64,000 bases of DNA from a virus (taxonomy: Duplodnaviria > Caudoviricetes), in the IMG/VR virus record IMGVR_UViG_2832249651_000002, positions 11,383 through 75,382 of that record. One strand, given 5' to 3'. Made by a program: the position numbers and the translations under genes. This document shows, piece by piece, positions 1 through 9,367 of this stretch (position 1 is the stretch's first letter; the number at the start of each line of letters is the position of its first letter). The notes beneath the pieces are model-generated. The model searched no databases, was not told the origin of the DNA, and saw nothing but the letters and a program-made list of their open reading frames with translations.

Positions 1-328
1 TGTTTGGAAAAATGGGCAAGTAGTCGGAAAGGAAAAGATTGAAGGTTGGTATGAACAAATGTGTTATAAGACCATCTATAGAGCAGCTTACAACGATATT
101 ACCATAGATAGCCAAAAGATAGATGATGATTATCTGAGATTAAAACAGTTAGAAAATCAAGCTACAGAAAGTATGGTACAGGCTGAAATTGAAGAAAACG
201 CAAATACTGAATACCTAGATTTTGATGGAGATACAGGAGAAATCGTAGATGGTGAAGTTGTCGAGGAAGAACCAGAGGTTGTGGAAGTAGAGGAAGAACA
301 AATTGAAATGGAAGGACCAGGATACTAA
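1..328 (+). CDS. C-terminal part of a probable RecT-like ssDNA annealing protein (5' truncated by window)
   Basis: M.YKT..R motif and acidic tail; sits before an MBL nuclease, the usual phage recombination-module order. Confidence 0.55.
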   Translation, partial: VWKNGQVVGKEKIEGWYEQMCYKTIYRAAYNDITIDSQKIDDDYLRLKQLENQATESMVQAEIEENANTEYLDFDGDTGEIVDGEVVEEEPEVVEVEEEQIEMEGPGY

Positions 329-669
329 TGAAAAGTATCGAAGAAATTAAGCAAAATGAAAGATTAATTATTCAACAGATAGGTCTAGATGGAGGGTATG
401 CCTTTGCATATCTTCCAGGAACTAAAAAGCCAGTAGCAGTGATATTTAGTTGTGGTGGAGATTGGGACCATGTATCGGCAAGTTATTCAAATAGGACTCC
501 TACTTGGGATGAAATGTGTTACATCAAGGATATTTTCTTTAGTGAAGATGAATGTGTAATACAGTATCATCCACCTAAGAGTGATTATGTAAACAACCAT
601 CCTCACACGTTGCATCTATGGAAACCTCAAAATGAGAATATTCCAATGCCACCAAAATCTATGGTTTAG
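328..669 (+). CDS. Conserved phage hypothetical protein
   Basis: WDHVS..RTPTWDEM..IKDIFF..YVNNHPHTLHLW motif common in phages. Confidence 0.7.
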   Translation: MKSIEEIKQNERLIIQQIGLDGGYAFAYLPGTKKPVAVIFSCGGDWDHVSASYSNRTPTWDEMCYIKDIFFSEDECVIQYHPPKSDYVNNHPHTLHLWKPQNENIPMPPKSMV

Positions 670-679
670 GAGTGATTAA

Positions 680-1420
680 ATGAAATTAAAAGTTTTAGCA
701 AGTGGAAGTAAAGGTAATTGCTATATCTTAGAAACTTTAGCAGGGACCCTCATATTAGAATGTGGTATCTCTTGGAAAGAGATATTACTAGGTTTGAACT
801 ATGATATATCAAGGGTGATAGGTTGTTTGGTTAGTCACGAGCATAAAGATCACTCAAGAGCTATTGAAGATGTAATGAACGCTGGAATTGATGTATGGAC
901 TAGTCAAGGAACTATAGAAGCATTAGGGATAAAACATTATAGGCTTAAACCCATAAAAGATAAAGATAGATTACTTATGGGAGATATGACCATATTACCA
1001 TTTGAAGTTCAGCATGATGCAAAAGAACCACTAGGTTTCTTAATAAGAAATAGACCAACTGGTGAGAACTTATTATTCATCACAGATAGTTATTACAGTA
1101 AATATAAATTCAAGGATTTAAAGTATATCATGGTTGAATGCAACTATATCAAAGAAACGTTAGATGAAAACATAGAGAATGGATATATCGACCAAGCTAT
1201 GAAACCAAGGTTACTACAGAGCCATTTCAGCCTTGAAAATGTAAAGGAATTTCTAAAAACTAATGATTTAAGTCAATGTCGTGAAATTGTACTCTTGCAT
1301 TTATCAGATAGAAATAGCGATTCTGAACAGATGATGAGAGAAATTAGGGAAGTAACAGGCATTACACCTAAAGTGGCAACTAGAGGGTTGGAAGTGGAAT
1401 TAAATTTATATCCATATTAG
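680..1420 (+). CDS. Metallo-beta-lactamase fold hydrolase/exonuclease
   Basis: LASGSKGNCY, SHEHKDH, HDA and LLHLS motifs. Confidence 0.9.
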   Translation: MKLKVLASGSKGNCYILETLAGTLILECGISWKEILLGLNYDISRVIGCLVSHEHKDHSRAIEDVMNAGIDVWTSQGTIEALGIKHYRLKPIKDKDRLLMGDMTILPFEVQHDAKEPLGFLIRNRPTGENLLFITDSYYSKYKFKDLKYIMVECNYIKETLDENIENGYIDQAMKPRLLQSHFSLENVKEFLKTNDLSQCREIVLLHLSDRNSDSEQMMREIREVTGITPKVATRGLEVELNLYPY

Positions 1421-1425
1421 GAGGG

Positions 1426-1674
1426 TTGTATGTGAAAAGATGTGAACATTGTATTAACTGCAAAATCATTATTGATGAACTCACCAATGCAGAGGCAAGA
1501 TGTATGGCGACAAAGTCCAAGAAAGGGAGATGTATTACTTGGGCGTGCACAGTTTATAAAACAAGAGAAGATGCTATGTGGCGTGTAAATGGAACTGCTG
1601 GAGAAAGCAGGGTAAAAGAATCGCTGTCGAAATAAAAGAAGGCTCCAAGTTGGTGTCCTTTAAGGGGTGATTAA
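1426..1674 (+). CDS. Cys-rich hypothetical protein (probable indel near 1630)
   Basis: RBS GGAGG; CxxCxxC N-terminus; shifted frame continues with PSWCPL. Confidence 0.45.
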
Positions 1675-1980
1675 ATGAAAAGATTAATTGCCAAAAGAAG
1701 ATTAGGGCTAAAATGTGAATTTTGCAACAGAACTATCTTCAAGGGTGAAGTTTATTACAAGCATAGGACTGTATTTACAGAAGAAAACAGGGTTTATGGG
1801 TATACGTCTTACATTTGCCCTAAATGTAAATATAAAAGAGAACAATGGCATCTAAGATTTTTAATATTCAAGCATAATAAATGTACTCATCCAAAGGAAT
1901 TTATAGATACAAAGTATACCAACGAAAGATGTCCAAGTCCAGATTATGACTATTGCAGGTTATGTGGAACTGCATTTTAA
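1675..1980 (+). CDS. Zn-finger hypothetical protein
   Basis: Three CxxC pairs; RBS GGGGTGA. Confidence 0.7.
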   Translation: MKRLIAKRRLGLKCEFCNRTIFKGEVYYKHRTVFTEENRVYGYTSYICPKCKYKREQWHLRFLIFKHNKCTHPKEFIDTKYTNERCPSPDYDYCRLCGTAF

Positions 1981-2004
1981 AAATAAAAAATAGGGGGAAT
2001 TATC

Positions 2005-2529
2005 GTGGAACAAATTATACAAAATTTAAAACAGCAAGCAAGAGAGTCATGGAGTGGCAGAACAGGAGAAGAAAGGGCAGAAAATCTTGAAAAGTATTTA
2101 AGAAATAAATTAGAGGAGTATTCAAAAGCATTAGGAATTTCGCAAGAAGAAATTCTGAAATCTTGGGAAGAAGATAGAAATTATTCCACAATCAATTATT
2201 ATCAAGAATGCAATCAACCTTCTATAAAAAGTGATAAGACGAAGGTGTTTGAGACGGTTGAGGATATGTTGAAGTCTATAGGTAAGCGAGGGTTTAGATG
2301 CCCTTCATGTGGTGGGATTTCTTCAAGTCCATATGAATGTAATAGTGGGTTAGAGATGGCTAAAGGCAAAACATGTGATTGGAAAGTATATGGATTATTT
2401 GGAGACTTAGGCAAAGGAGTATTTGTTTACTGTAAAGATAAGTTAAAAGGCGAAACAATATTTATGCCTATAGCATGGGAAAATAACGAAGTGGAAGTTG
2501 AACCAGAGCCAGAGCCAAGTTTTAGCTAA
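2005..2529 (+). CDS. Hypothetical phage protein with Zn ribbon
   Basis: FRCPSCG and CDWKVYGLF; strong RBS. Confidence 0.75.
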   Translation: MEQIIQNLKQQARESWSGRTGEERAENLEKYLRNKLEEYSKALGISQEEILKSWEEDRNYSTINYYQECNQPSIKSDKTKVFETVEDMLKSIGKRGFRCPSCGGISSSPYECNSGLEMAKGKTCDWKVYGLFGDLGKGVFVYCKDKLKGETIFMPIAWENNEVEVEPEPEPSFS

Positions 2530-3118
2530 AGGGGTGAGGACAATTAATAAAGATACTAAAATAACTATTTTATATTTTTTAGTTTTCTTAGTAGCTATAG
2601 GAGCATTAAAGGCAGTGATTAATGAAACAAAGGCAGAAATCGAAACTTTAAAAGTAGAAATAGGACAACTAGAGGATGAAAGGTTAAAGTTGCAGAATCG
2701 AAAGGAATTTCTTGAGGATATCCTAATTAGAAATAAGCAAGAAAAGGAAATGTTAATTCTGCAAGTAAATGATTTAGAAAAAGAAAACGAGCAACTAAGG
2801 ACAATTAGAGCAAAACTGACAGCTTATTCTCCTTTGGATAATCGTGACGGCCAACAAGCTGAAGGTGACCCCACTAGAACATCTATAGGTAAAAGAGTAA
2901 GTCGAGGAATAGTGGCAGCAGACCCAAGGAAGCTTCCATATGGTACTAAATTAGAAATACCGAATTGGGGAGTTGTAGAAGTTGGTGACACTGGTGCAGC
3001 TTTAAGAAATGACAATAAAAATATCAGGATAGATTTATTTCACGAAACTTATAATCAGGCCATGCAATTCGGTGTCAAAGATACAGAAGTCAAGATACTA
3101 GAATGGGGCGATAATTAA
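2498..3118 (+). CDS. Membrane-anchored coiled-coil 3D-domain (lytic transglycosylase-like) protein
   Basis: TM helix, coiled coil, TAY..VAADP..LPYGTK..DTGAA..IDLF. Confidence 0.85.
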   Translation: MNQSQSQVLAKGVRTINKDTKITILYFLVFLVAIGALKAVINETKAEIETLKVEIGQLEDERLKLQNRKEFLEDILIRNKQEKEMLILQVNDLEKENEQLRTIRAKLTAYSPLDNRDGQQAEGDPTRTSIGKRVSRGIVAADPRKLPYGTKLEIPNWGVVEVGDTGAALRNDNKNIRIDLFHETYNQAMQFGVKDTEVKILEWGDN

Positions 3119-4035
3119 TGGCAGAAGTTAAATGGATAAAAATTGTCACAGATATATTTGATGATGAAAAAATATTGTTTATAGAGCAATTGCCTGAAGC
3201 AGATTCAATTATAGTCATTTGGTTTAAATTACTAACATTGGCAGGTAAAATCAACAACGGTGGAGTTCTATTATTCAATGACAGGATACCTTACACGGAT
3301 GAAATGTTATCGACAATATTTAGAAGGCCAATAAATACAGTTAGATTAGCATTAAGGACATTTGAAGATTTTGAAATGGTAGAAATAATTAACGATACAA
3401 TAACTATTCCAAATTGGAGTAAACATCAGACCTTAGACCAGCTAGAGGAAAGAAAAGAATATATGAAACATTATATGAGGGAGTATAGAGAAAGGCAAAG
3501 GATGTTAGCTAGTGGTGAAGAATGTAAAGTTAACAGTAAATCTAACAATGTACCTAACAGTAAAGCTAATGTTAGCTCCCTAGATATAGAAGAAGATAGA
3601 GAAGAAGATAGAGAAGAAGATATAGATATAGAAATAGATAAAGATACTACTATAGAAAAACCTTCAATAGCACCACATAAAGAAATAGCTGAACTTTATA
3701 ATGCTATATGTATTTCATTCAATCCAGTAAAACAGATAACTAATAACCGCAAAGGCAATATGAATGCACGTTATAGGGAAAATGGTTGTAATGTAGAAGT
3801 TTTTAGAACTGTATTTAATAAAGTGCAAAATAGTAGCTTTCTAAGAAAGGGTTGGAATACTGGAGGAAAGGCAGACTTTGAATGGATAATGAAACCGACT
3901 AATTTTGTGAAGATATTAGAAGGAAAATATGATGATAAAACAGATGGAGGTGACTCAAGTGGAGCAAATAAGCCAAGCAATCAAGAACATGACCAATACG
4001 AAGGAATCGGAATTAAACTTAATGACTTGCCGTAA
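3118..4035 (+). CDS. Phage replisome organizer / replication initiator
   Basis: WIKI..DIFDDEKI..LPEAD..IWFKLL N-terminus; ADFEWIMKPTNFVKILEGKY C-terminus. Confidence 0.9.
   Translation: MAEVKWIKIVTDIFDDEKILFIEQLPEADSIIVIWFKLLTLAGKINNGGVLLFNDRIPYTDEMLSTIFRRPINTVRLALRTFEDFEMVEIINDTITIPNWSKHQTLDQLEERKEYMKHYMREYRERQRMLASGEECKVNSKSNNVPNSKANVSSLDIEEDREEDREEDIDIEIDKDTTIEKPSIAPHKEIAELYNAICISFNPVKQITNNRKGNMNARYRENGCNVEVFRTVFNKVQNSSFLRKGWNTGGKADFEWIMKPTNFVKILEGKYDDKTDGGDSSGANKPSNQEHDQYEGIGIKLNDLP
3524..3571 (+). repeat. Four 12-bp iteron-like repeats inside the initiator gene (putative origin)
   Basis: gtaaagttaaca|gtaaatctaaca|atgtacctaaca|gtaaagctaatg, followed by GAAGAAGATAGA repeats at 3589-3624. 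Confidence 0.55.
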
Positions 4036-4807
4036 ATGTGGAGAAAAGCTGGTTATGGAAGTAAATATATTAGGCGAAAAGAAGATAGTGCCAATCTCAT
4101 GCAAATGCCAGCAATCAGAATATAAAAAAAGAAAAGAAGATGAAGCTAAAAAAGAAATGCAAAAGAAATTAGATAAATTAAGAAAATATTCCCTAATGAA
4201 CAGTAAATTCTTTGATTGCACCTTTGAAACTTATGACATAGACAAGCAGAACTCTAATTTATACAAGATTGCACTTAACTACTGTAAACAATGGCCAGAT
4301 ATGAAAAAAGAGGGAATCGGTTTAATGTTTTGGGGGACTCCTGGTACTGGTAAATCTCATACATCATTTTGTATAGCGAATGAACTTATGAAGAATTTAA
4401 CTCCAGTGATTGCTATAAGTTCTATTGGTCTGATTGGAAAGATTTATGACAGCTATAGGAAATATGGAACTGAAGGAGAATATGAGATAATAAATACTTT
4501 TAACAATGCAGATTTACTCATAATAGACGATTTAGGGTCAGAGCATGAGAGTCATGGAGGAAAAGAGAAACAGATACTTTATTCAGTCATAGATACTAGA
4601 ATTAGAAACGGAAAACCGATGATAGTAACTACAAATTTAACTTTATTACAGCTAAAAGATAAATTAACTTATGATGATGGAGTCCCAAGAACTTATGACA
4701 GATTGATAGAAATGTGTACGCCAATTCAAATAGAAGGACCATCAAGAAGGGTTATATCGGCTAGGAAGAAACAGAAAGAAGTATTAGAGAGATTGTTGAA
4801 GGATTAG
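3959..4807 (+). CDS. DnaC/IstB-like helicase loader ATPase
   Basis: Walker A GTPGTGKS, Walker B LLIIDDLG, TTN; N-terminal CxxC..CxC; GTG start after GGAGGTGA. Confidence 0.9.
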   Translation: MEQISQAIKNMTNTKESELNLMTCRKCGEKLVMEVNILGEKKIVPISCKCQQSEYKKRKEDEAKKEMQKKLDKLRKYSLMNSKFFDCTFETYDIDKQNSNLYKIALNYCKQWPDMKKEGIGLMFWGTPGTGKSHTSFCIANELMKNLTPVIAISSIGLIGKIYDSYRKYGTEGEYEIINTFNNADLLIIDDLGSEHESHGGKEKQILYSVIDTRIRNGKPMIVTTNLTLLQLKDKLTYDDGVPRTYDRLIEMCTPIQIEGPSRRVISARKKQKEVLERLLKD

Positions 4808-4818
4808 GAGGTGACTTT

Positions 4819-5085
4819 GTGGGAAGTAGGAATGAAGATTATATCGAGCAAAGAGCAATTGATACGGCAAATTATCTTATAGAAAATAATTCGACTATAA
4901 GGGAAACAGCTAAGCATATGGGAGTGTCTAAGACAACCGTTCATAAGGATTTAGTAATTAGGCTCAAGGATATAAATCACTCTTTGTATGAAAATGTAAA
5001 AGAAGTCTTAGCTACAAACTGGGAAGAGAGATATCTTAGGGGTGGATTGGCTACAAAGAAAAAGCATGAGATGTTGAGAGAATAG
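4819..5085 (+). CDS. spoIIID: Sporulation transcription regulator SpoIIID homolog
   Basis: YIEQRA..ANYLIE..TIRETAK.MGVSKTTVHKDL..RL..ER.LRGG.ATK.K matches SpoIIID over its full length. Confidence 0.9.
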   Translation: MGSRNEDYIEQRAIDTANYLIENNSTIRETAKHMGVSKTTVHKDLVIRLKDINHSLYENVKEVLATNWEERYLRGGLATKKKHEMLRE

Positions 5086-5095
5086 GAGGGATTAT

Positions 5096-5242
5096 TTGAA
5101 AACTAAAATAAGGTTTGGATTTAAGAGCAAATATCAGTTGCCACTATTTATGGTTTGGAGAGAGTACCAAAATGAAGATGGTGAAGTAGAATTTGCAAAA
5201 GTAATATTTTCAACTGAAAACCTTTTCCGAAAATCCTGCTAG
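5096..5242 (+). CDS. Small hypothetical protein (48 aa, not in ORF track)
   Basis: TTG start after AGGAGGG; open to TAG. Confidence 0.5.
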   Translation: MKTKIRFGFKSKYQLPLFMVWREYQNEDGEVEFAKVIFSTENLFRKSC

Positions 5243-5424
5243 AGCAGGTTACGAGCCTGAGATTAGTATCATCATAATCAATTAAGTTGGCGACTTATTA
5301 AAAGGCGTGTTTGCTGTAGAAACGAAGTATAAAACTTGCATATTGTAGCGTGAGTATTTAGCCAGTACGAGCATGGGAAGGCTTTGCAAGTTCCTACTTG
5401 AAGATGAAATAAATTTCAAGTAGG
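5243..5424 (+). ncRNA. Candidate structured RNA / leader
   Basis: Multi-stem junction 5243-5315, stem aacttgca/tgcaagtt 5333-5392, hairpin cctacttgaa/ttcaagtagg 5393-5424. Confidence 0.4.
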
Positions 5425-6170
5425 TGGAAAGGTTGAAACAAATAGTAATGTTTAGTGGTGGAGCAAGTAGTAGTTATTTAGCTAAGTTGGTTGTAGAGAA
5501 ATATGGTAAAGAAAATACTATCTTCCTTCACACACCAACTTATGCAGAAGATCCAGATGCAGATAGATTTAGAGCAGAAGTAGCTGAATGTCTAGGATTA
5601 CCAATCACAGTTGAAGAAGATGGTCGAAGCCTATGGCAACTAATAGAAGATAACAACTGTTTACCAAGTTTTCATATACCATTTTGTACAACGGATTTAA
5701 AAATAAAACAGAGTAGAAAGTTTTGGAATAGATTGAAAAACCGAGGAATTGATTTTACAGTTCATTTTGGATATGGGGCTGACGAGTGGAGAAGAGTCCA
5801 GAAACAATCAATAAGATTTGAAAAAGAAGAAATTAAAAGCAAATATCTAATATTTGAGAAAAGAATTGATGACAAGGAAATAAAAAGAATTATCAAAGAA
5901 GAATGGAAGATAGAGTTGCCAAGAGCATACAAGTACCTAAAGCATAATAACTGTATACCTTGTTTCAAGGGTGGTAAGGGACATTTTAAGCAAGTAGCTA
6001 AGTATTACCCTGATGATTTTAAAAAAGCTGTAGAAATGGAAGAAAAAATAGGACATACAGTTTTTAAAGATTGCACCTTAAAGGATTTGTGGGATGAGGT
6101 TCAAGCCAATAAAAATCAATTAACATTCTTAGATGATGATTTTAATATACCTTGTGAGTGCATGGATTAA
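5424..6170 (+). CDS. PAPS-reductase-like / PP-loop ATPase family protein
   Basis: MFSGGASS PP-loop, FCTTDLKI, HNNCIPCFKGG, terminal CEC. Confidence 0.8.
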   Translation: MERLKQIVMFSGGASSSYLAKLVVEKYGKENTIFLHTPTYAEDPDADRFRAEVAECLGLPITVEEDGRSLWQLIEDNNCLPSFHIPFCTTDLKIKQSRKFWNRLKNRGIDFTVHFGYGADEWRRVQKQSIRFEKEEIKSKYLIFEKRIDDKEIKRIIKEEWKIELPRAYKYLKHNNCIPCFKGGKGHFKQVAKYYPDDFKKAVEMEEKIGHTVFKDCTLKDLWDEVQANKNQLTFLDDDFNIPCECMD

Positions 6171-6185
6171 GAAAGGAGGAATTGG

Positions 6186-6695
6186 ATGAATTACATTACA
6201 GCAGAGCAGTTTTTAGAATTACCTAAGGAAGTTCAGAAAGTATTTATTGATTGGTGGGAAATCGAAGAAGGTGACTTAATTTATTCTGTAGATGAAGATA
6301 AGGAATTTACAGTAGCAAGAGTAGATGAAGAGTTCAGAGGAGAAGGAGATTATTGGTATTACGATTATGATGCAGATAATCTAATGCTGTTCAGTAAATC
6401 GCCTGATGAAGGTGAATATATAGAGATTCCCTTATTTAGGATAGATCAGCTAATAGAATTTATTCAAATTAAATATAAACATATTGGAGTAAATAATTTT
6501 ATTCCATATGAAAAGATGACAAAGACCATTAGAACATCATCTGATAAAGGAATTTATGAATGGAGTGTAAAGCTATTTAAAAGTATGATGCAATTTGAAC
6601 CTGATATAGAAGTCTTAAATGAAGATTTATTACAGGCATTTTGGGAAACAGCAGTAATGGTGGCAGAGGAAATTGGAGGAATGAATGATGACTAA
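6186..6695 (+). CDS. Hypothetical phage protein
   Basis: RBS AGGAGG; YITAEQFL..P.EVQKVFIDWW. Confidence 0.75.
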   Translation: MNYITAEQFLELPKEVQKVFIDWWEIEEGDLIYSVDEDKEFTVARVDEEFRGEGDYWYYDYDADNLMLFSKSPDEGEYIEIPLFRIDQLIEFIQIKYKHIGVNNFIPYEKMTKTIRTSSDKGIYEWSVKLFKSMMQFEPDIEVLNEDLLQAFWETAVMVAEEIGGMNDD

Positions 6696-7311
6696 TATAA
6701 CTAAACAAAACAAACATGAGATTTACATGAGGGCATACTTTAAATCATTGTTAGCAGTATTGGAGGAAGAAAATAAAGTATCGGAGCATATCAAAAAAAC
6801 AATCTTTTATGGAGTAAAAGCAATTATTACAAGACCAAGATTAGAATATATAACCAGAGAAGAAGTAACTCACAGATTTCAGACTATAAATATAATACAA
6901 GATTGCATAGGGCTTTTAACTCCAAAAGAGTTCATGAATATATTCCCTATAGCCAAGGAATATGACGGTTATAAATGGGAAATGAAAGATTACTTTTATA
7001 CCATTAATTATATTAATACGCTAGATTCTAACGTGCCTATAGGTACAGGTGATAAGATATTAGATTTTCTATGGAAATATTATAATCGTGATATTTTAAT
7101 GTTTTGCGTTGAAAGTATGATTTGTGCAAGTGATTTGAGGAAATTAGAGGGTTACTCTTCGTTGTTGGAAGAATGGGCAACAGAAAATGGAATTAAGACA
7201 TATGTAATGCATACAGACAGTAAGGGAAATCAATTCCTACTAGATAAGGAAACAGGTACTACAACTAAAGTGTCAAAGCCAAGACCTAAACATTTAAAAA
7301 TAGTTAAATAG
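6685..7311 (+). CDS. Hypothetical phage protein
   Basis: Coupled ORF; FPI.K.YDG.KW.MKDYF. Confidence 0.75.
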   Translation: MMTNITKQNKHEIYMRAYFKSLLAVLEEENKVSEHIKKTIFYGVKAIITRPRLEYITREEVTHRFQTINIIQDCIGLLTPKEFMNIFPIAKEYDGYKWEMKDYFYTINYINTLDSNVPIGTGDKILDFLWKYYNRDILMFCVESMICASDLRKLEGYSSLLEEWATENGIKTYVMHTDSKGNQFLLDKETGTTTKVSKPRPKHLKIVK

Positions 7312-7323
7312 GAGGGATAATCA

Positions 7324-7509
7324 ATGATTTATGAAGAAAGATTAGACTTACTGATAGAAAGTATAAGGGATTCCAAGTTAAACGGTGAAGAATTTGTTAT
7401 GTTACATGGAATTTTGGATTTATCAAAGGACAGAAACACCTTTAACAAGCAATACAATACCAAAATAGATGAAATTATAAAGAAAAAGGGGAGTGTTGAG
7501 AATGTGTAA
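7324..7509 (+). CDS. Hypothetical protein
   Basis: RBS GGAGG; operon continuity. Confidence 0.6.
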   Translation: MIYEERLDLLIESIRDSKLNGEEFVMLHGILDLSKDRNTFNKQYNTKIDEIIKKKGSVENV

Positions 7510-7783
7510 TTGTATATTAACCACAGAAAAGAGATTTAAAGAGGAATTATCATTAAAAAATGAAAACTACAAAGATATAAAAATTCAATATGCAAATTTT
7601 GAAAATAAAATGATAGGACTCAAAGACGGTAAAGTTAGATTTTTAATACCAATTAATATAGAAGGCACTAAATTGAGTAAGAAAGGAAAAGAAGTTAAGG
7701 TTAAAAAAACAGAGTACCTTATGACTGATTATTGTCCATTCTGTGGAGATGAACTTGTAGAGGAGAGTGTTGTAAATGAATAA
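7502..7783 (+). CDS. Hypothetical Zn-binding protein
   Basis: MCNC...YCPFCG. Confidence 0.65.
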   Translation: MCNCILTTEKRFKEELSLKNENYKDIKIQYANFENKMIGLKDGKVRFLIPINIEGTKLSKKGKEVKVKKTEYLMTDYCPFCGDELVEESVVNE

Positions 7784-8207
7784 TGTGGTGCTTATAGGAA
7801 GATTAACAAGAGATCCAGAACTAAGATATTTACCAGGTAATGGTACAGCAGTTGCAAAGTTTGGACTTGCAGTAAATAGAGATTTATCAAAGGCCAAGAA
7901 GGAAGAAATGGAGTCAAAAGGTCAACCTACAGCAGACTTTATCAATATCACTGTATGGGGAAAGACAGCAGAATCAGCAGCTAATTTCTTAGTAAAGGGT
8001 AGATTGGTAGGCATCCAAGGAAGGATTCAAACAGGTTCATATGAAAAAGATGGAGTTAGAGTATATACAACGGAAGTAGTAGCTACAAATGTGGAGTTTT
8101 TAGAATGGGGAGATTCAAATAAATCTCAAAGCAATAATGATTCTTCCTTTGATTTTAGTGGAATAGAAGGTTTCCATCCAACGGACTCGGATGATATTCC
8201 ATTTTAG
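7776..8207 (+). CDS. ssb: Single-stranded DNA-binding protein
   Basis: [18 protein letters not shown]...DDDIPF. Confidence 0.95.
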   Translation: MNNVVLIGRLTRDPELRYLPGNGTAVAKFGLAVNRDLSKAKKEEMESKGQPTADFINITVWGKTAESAANFLVKGRLVGIQGRIQTGSYEKDGVRVYTTEVVATNVEFLEWGDSNKSQSNNDSSFDFSGIEGFHPTDSDDIPF

Positions 8208-8222
8208 TGAGAGGTGTGAAAT

Positions 8223-8963
8223 TTGACTATAGGGGTGAAATATAAAGATTGGACCTTTGAAGAAGATAAATACATTTTGAAATCAAATGAGTCAAATAAA
8301 GTAATTGCTAAAAAGCTAGAAAGAAGCATACAAGCAATTGTTAGAAGAAAAAGAATGTTGCAAAAGTCTAACATCACAGCTGAAGTATTAGAGTTTCAAG
8401 AAAATTTCATTATAGGGACCTATGGATATCTGTCTGTAGAGAAAATGGCGGAGTATCTTGGTGGAACTTATTCAGCAATTAGAAATAGAATATTTGATTT
8501 AAAGAGTCAAGAAAAGCTTGGATTCTGCAACTACAAATATTCAGAGAATGAGGATGAATATCTCTTTAAATTCAAGGATGTTCTTACTCATAAAGAATTA
8601 GCAGAAGAATTAAATTGTACTATAGCAAAGATAGTAGTTAGACTAGATCAACTAAAAAAACAAGAAGACATTAATTCTAAGCACAAAATAGACCCGATGC
8701 CAAGAGAAATGAAATTAGTAACTCCGAAGGATGCACTAACAGTAGAAGAAATAAAAAAGTATAGCGGTCTTATAGCAGGAAAACAGTATGAGGTATTTGT
8801 TCCACGTTCTGGAAATGAGAAGTTAGATAGTTGTTTTGTAGGGAAATTTATTGAAGAAACGGACAACCACATCATATTTCAAACCAAATCGGGATACCGT
8901 GAAAGCTTCTCAAAAGTGAATTTTAAAATAAAGGAATACAAGATTAAGGAAGTGAGTCAATGA
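8223..8963 (+). CDS. Multi-HTH (Myb-like repeat) DNA-binding protein
   Basis: Three repeats of the type WT.EED.YI..IAKKL.RS..AI..R. Confidence 0.6.
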   Translation: MTIGVKYKDWTFEEDKYILKSNESNKVIAKKLERSIQAIVRRKRMLQKSNITAEVLEFQENFIIGTYGYLSVEKMAEYLGGTYSAIRNRIFDLKSQEKLGFCNYKYSENEDEYLFKFKDVLTHKELAEELNCTIAKIVVRLDQLKKQEDINSKHKIDPMPREMKLVTPKDALTVEEIKKYSGLIAGKQYEVFVPRSGNEKLDSCFVGKFIEETDNHIIFQTKSGYRESFSKVNFKIKEYKIKEVSQ

Positions 8964-9130
8964 ATAAACCTTGTTACGATTGCCCAGATAGAGAAATAGG
9001 TTGTCACAGTGATTGCGACAAGTACCTTTGTTATAAAGAAAAGCTAAAAGAGAAAAAAGCATTCCTAGAGGTTGATAGAGCGTTCGGAGATTATTTATAC
9101 CATGCTACCAAAAGAATGAAGGGGGGTTAG
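8960..9130 (+). CDS. Small Cys-rich protein (56 aa, not in ORF track)
   Basis: MNKPCYDCPDREIGCHSDCDKY; ATGA overlap with previous stop. Confidence 0.65.
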   Translation: MNKPCYDCPDREIGCHSDCDKYLCYKEKLKEKKAFLEVDRAFGDYLYHATKRMKGG

Positions 9131-9133
9131 AGT

Positions 9134-9349
9134 GTGAGTGAAGTTGAAAAAAAGAAAGAAGCTTCAGGAAGAATATCATTTTTTTTAGAAATGTTCTTTA
9201 CGAACTTAGGAGCCTTAGAAATGGGTTTTGCAATAACTAAAGATTGTGAAGTTATCATAACAGACTGCAAGACAGGGTTATCTAGTACCTTTACACCAGA
9301 TAAATTTCAAGAAGCATACGAGAAATGGGCAAAAGAAAACAATATATAG
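9134..9349 (+). CDS. Hypothetical protein
   Basis: RBS GGGGG; operon continuity. Confidence 0.6.
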   Translation: MSEVEKKKEASGRISFFLEMFFTNLGALEMGFAITKDCEVIITDCKTGLSSTFTPDKFQEAYEKWAKENNI

Positions 9350-9367
9350 CTAAATAAGGAGGAAGTC

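Noticed and set aside
3589-3645. GAAGAAGATAGA tandem repeats as an independent repeat element
   Set aside because: Encodes the usual acidic linker of phage initiators; at most part of the origin
5255-5325. Hammerhead ribozyme in the structured leader
   Set aside because: CTGAGAT does not match the CUGANGA core, and the stems do not fit the topology
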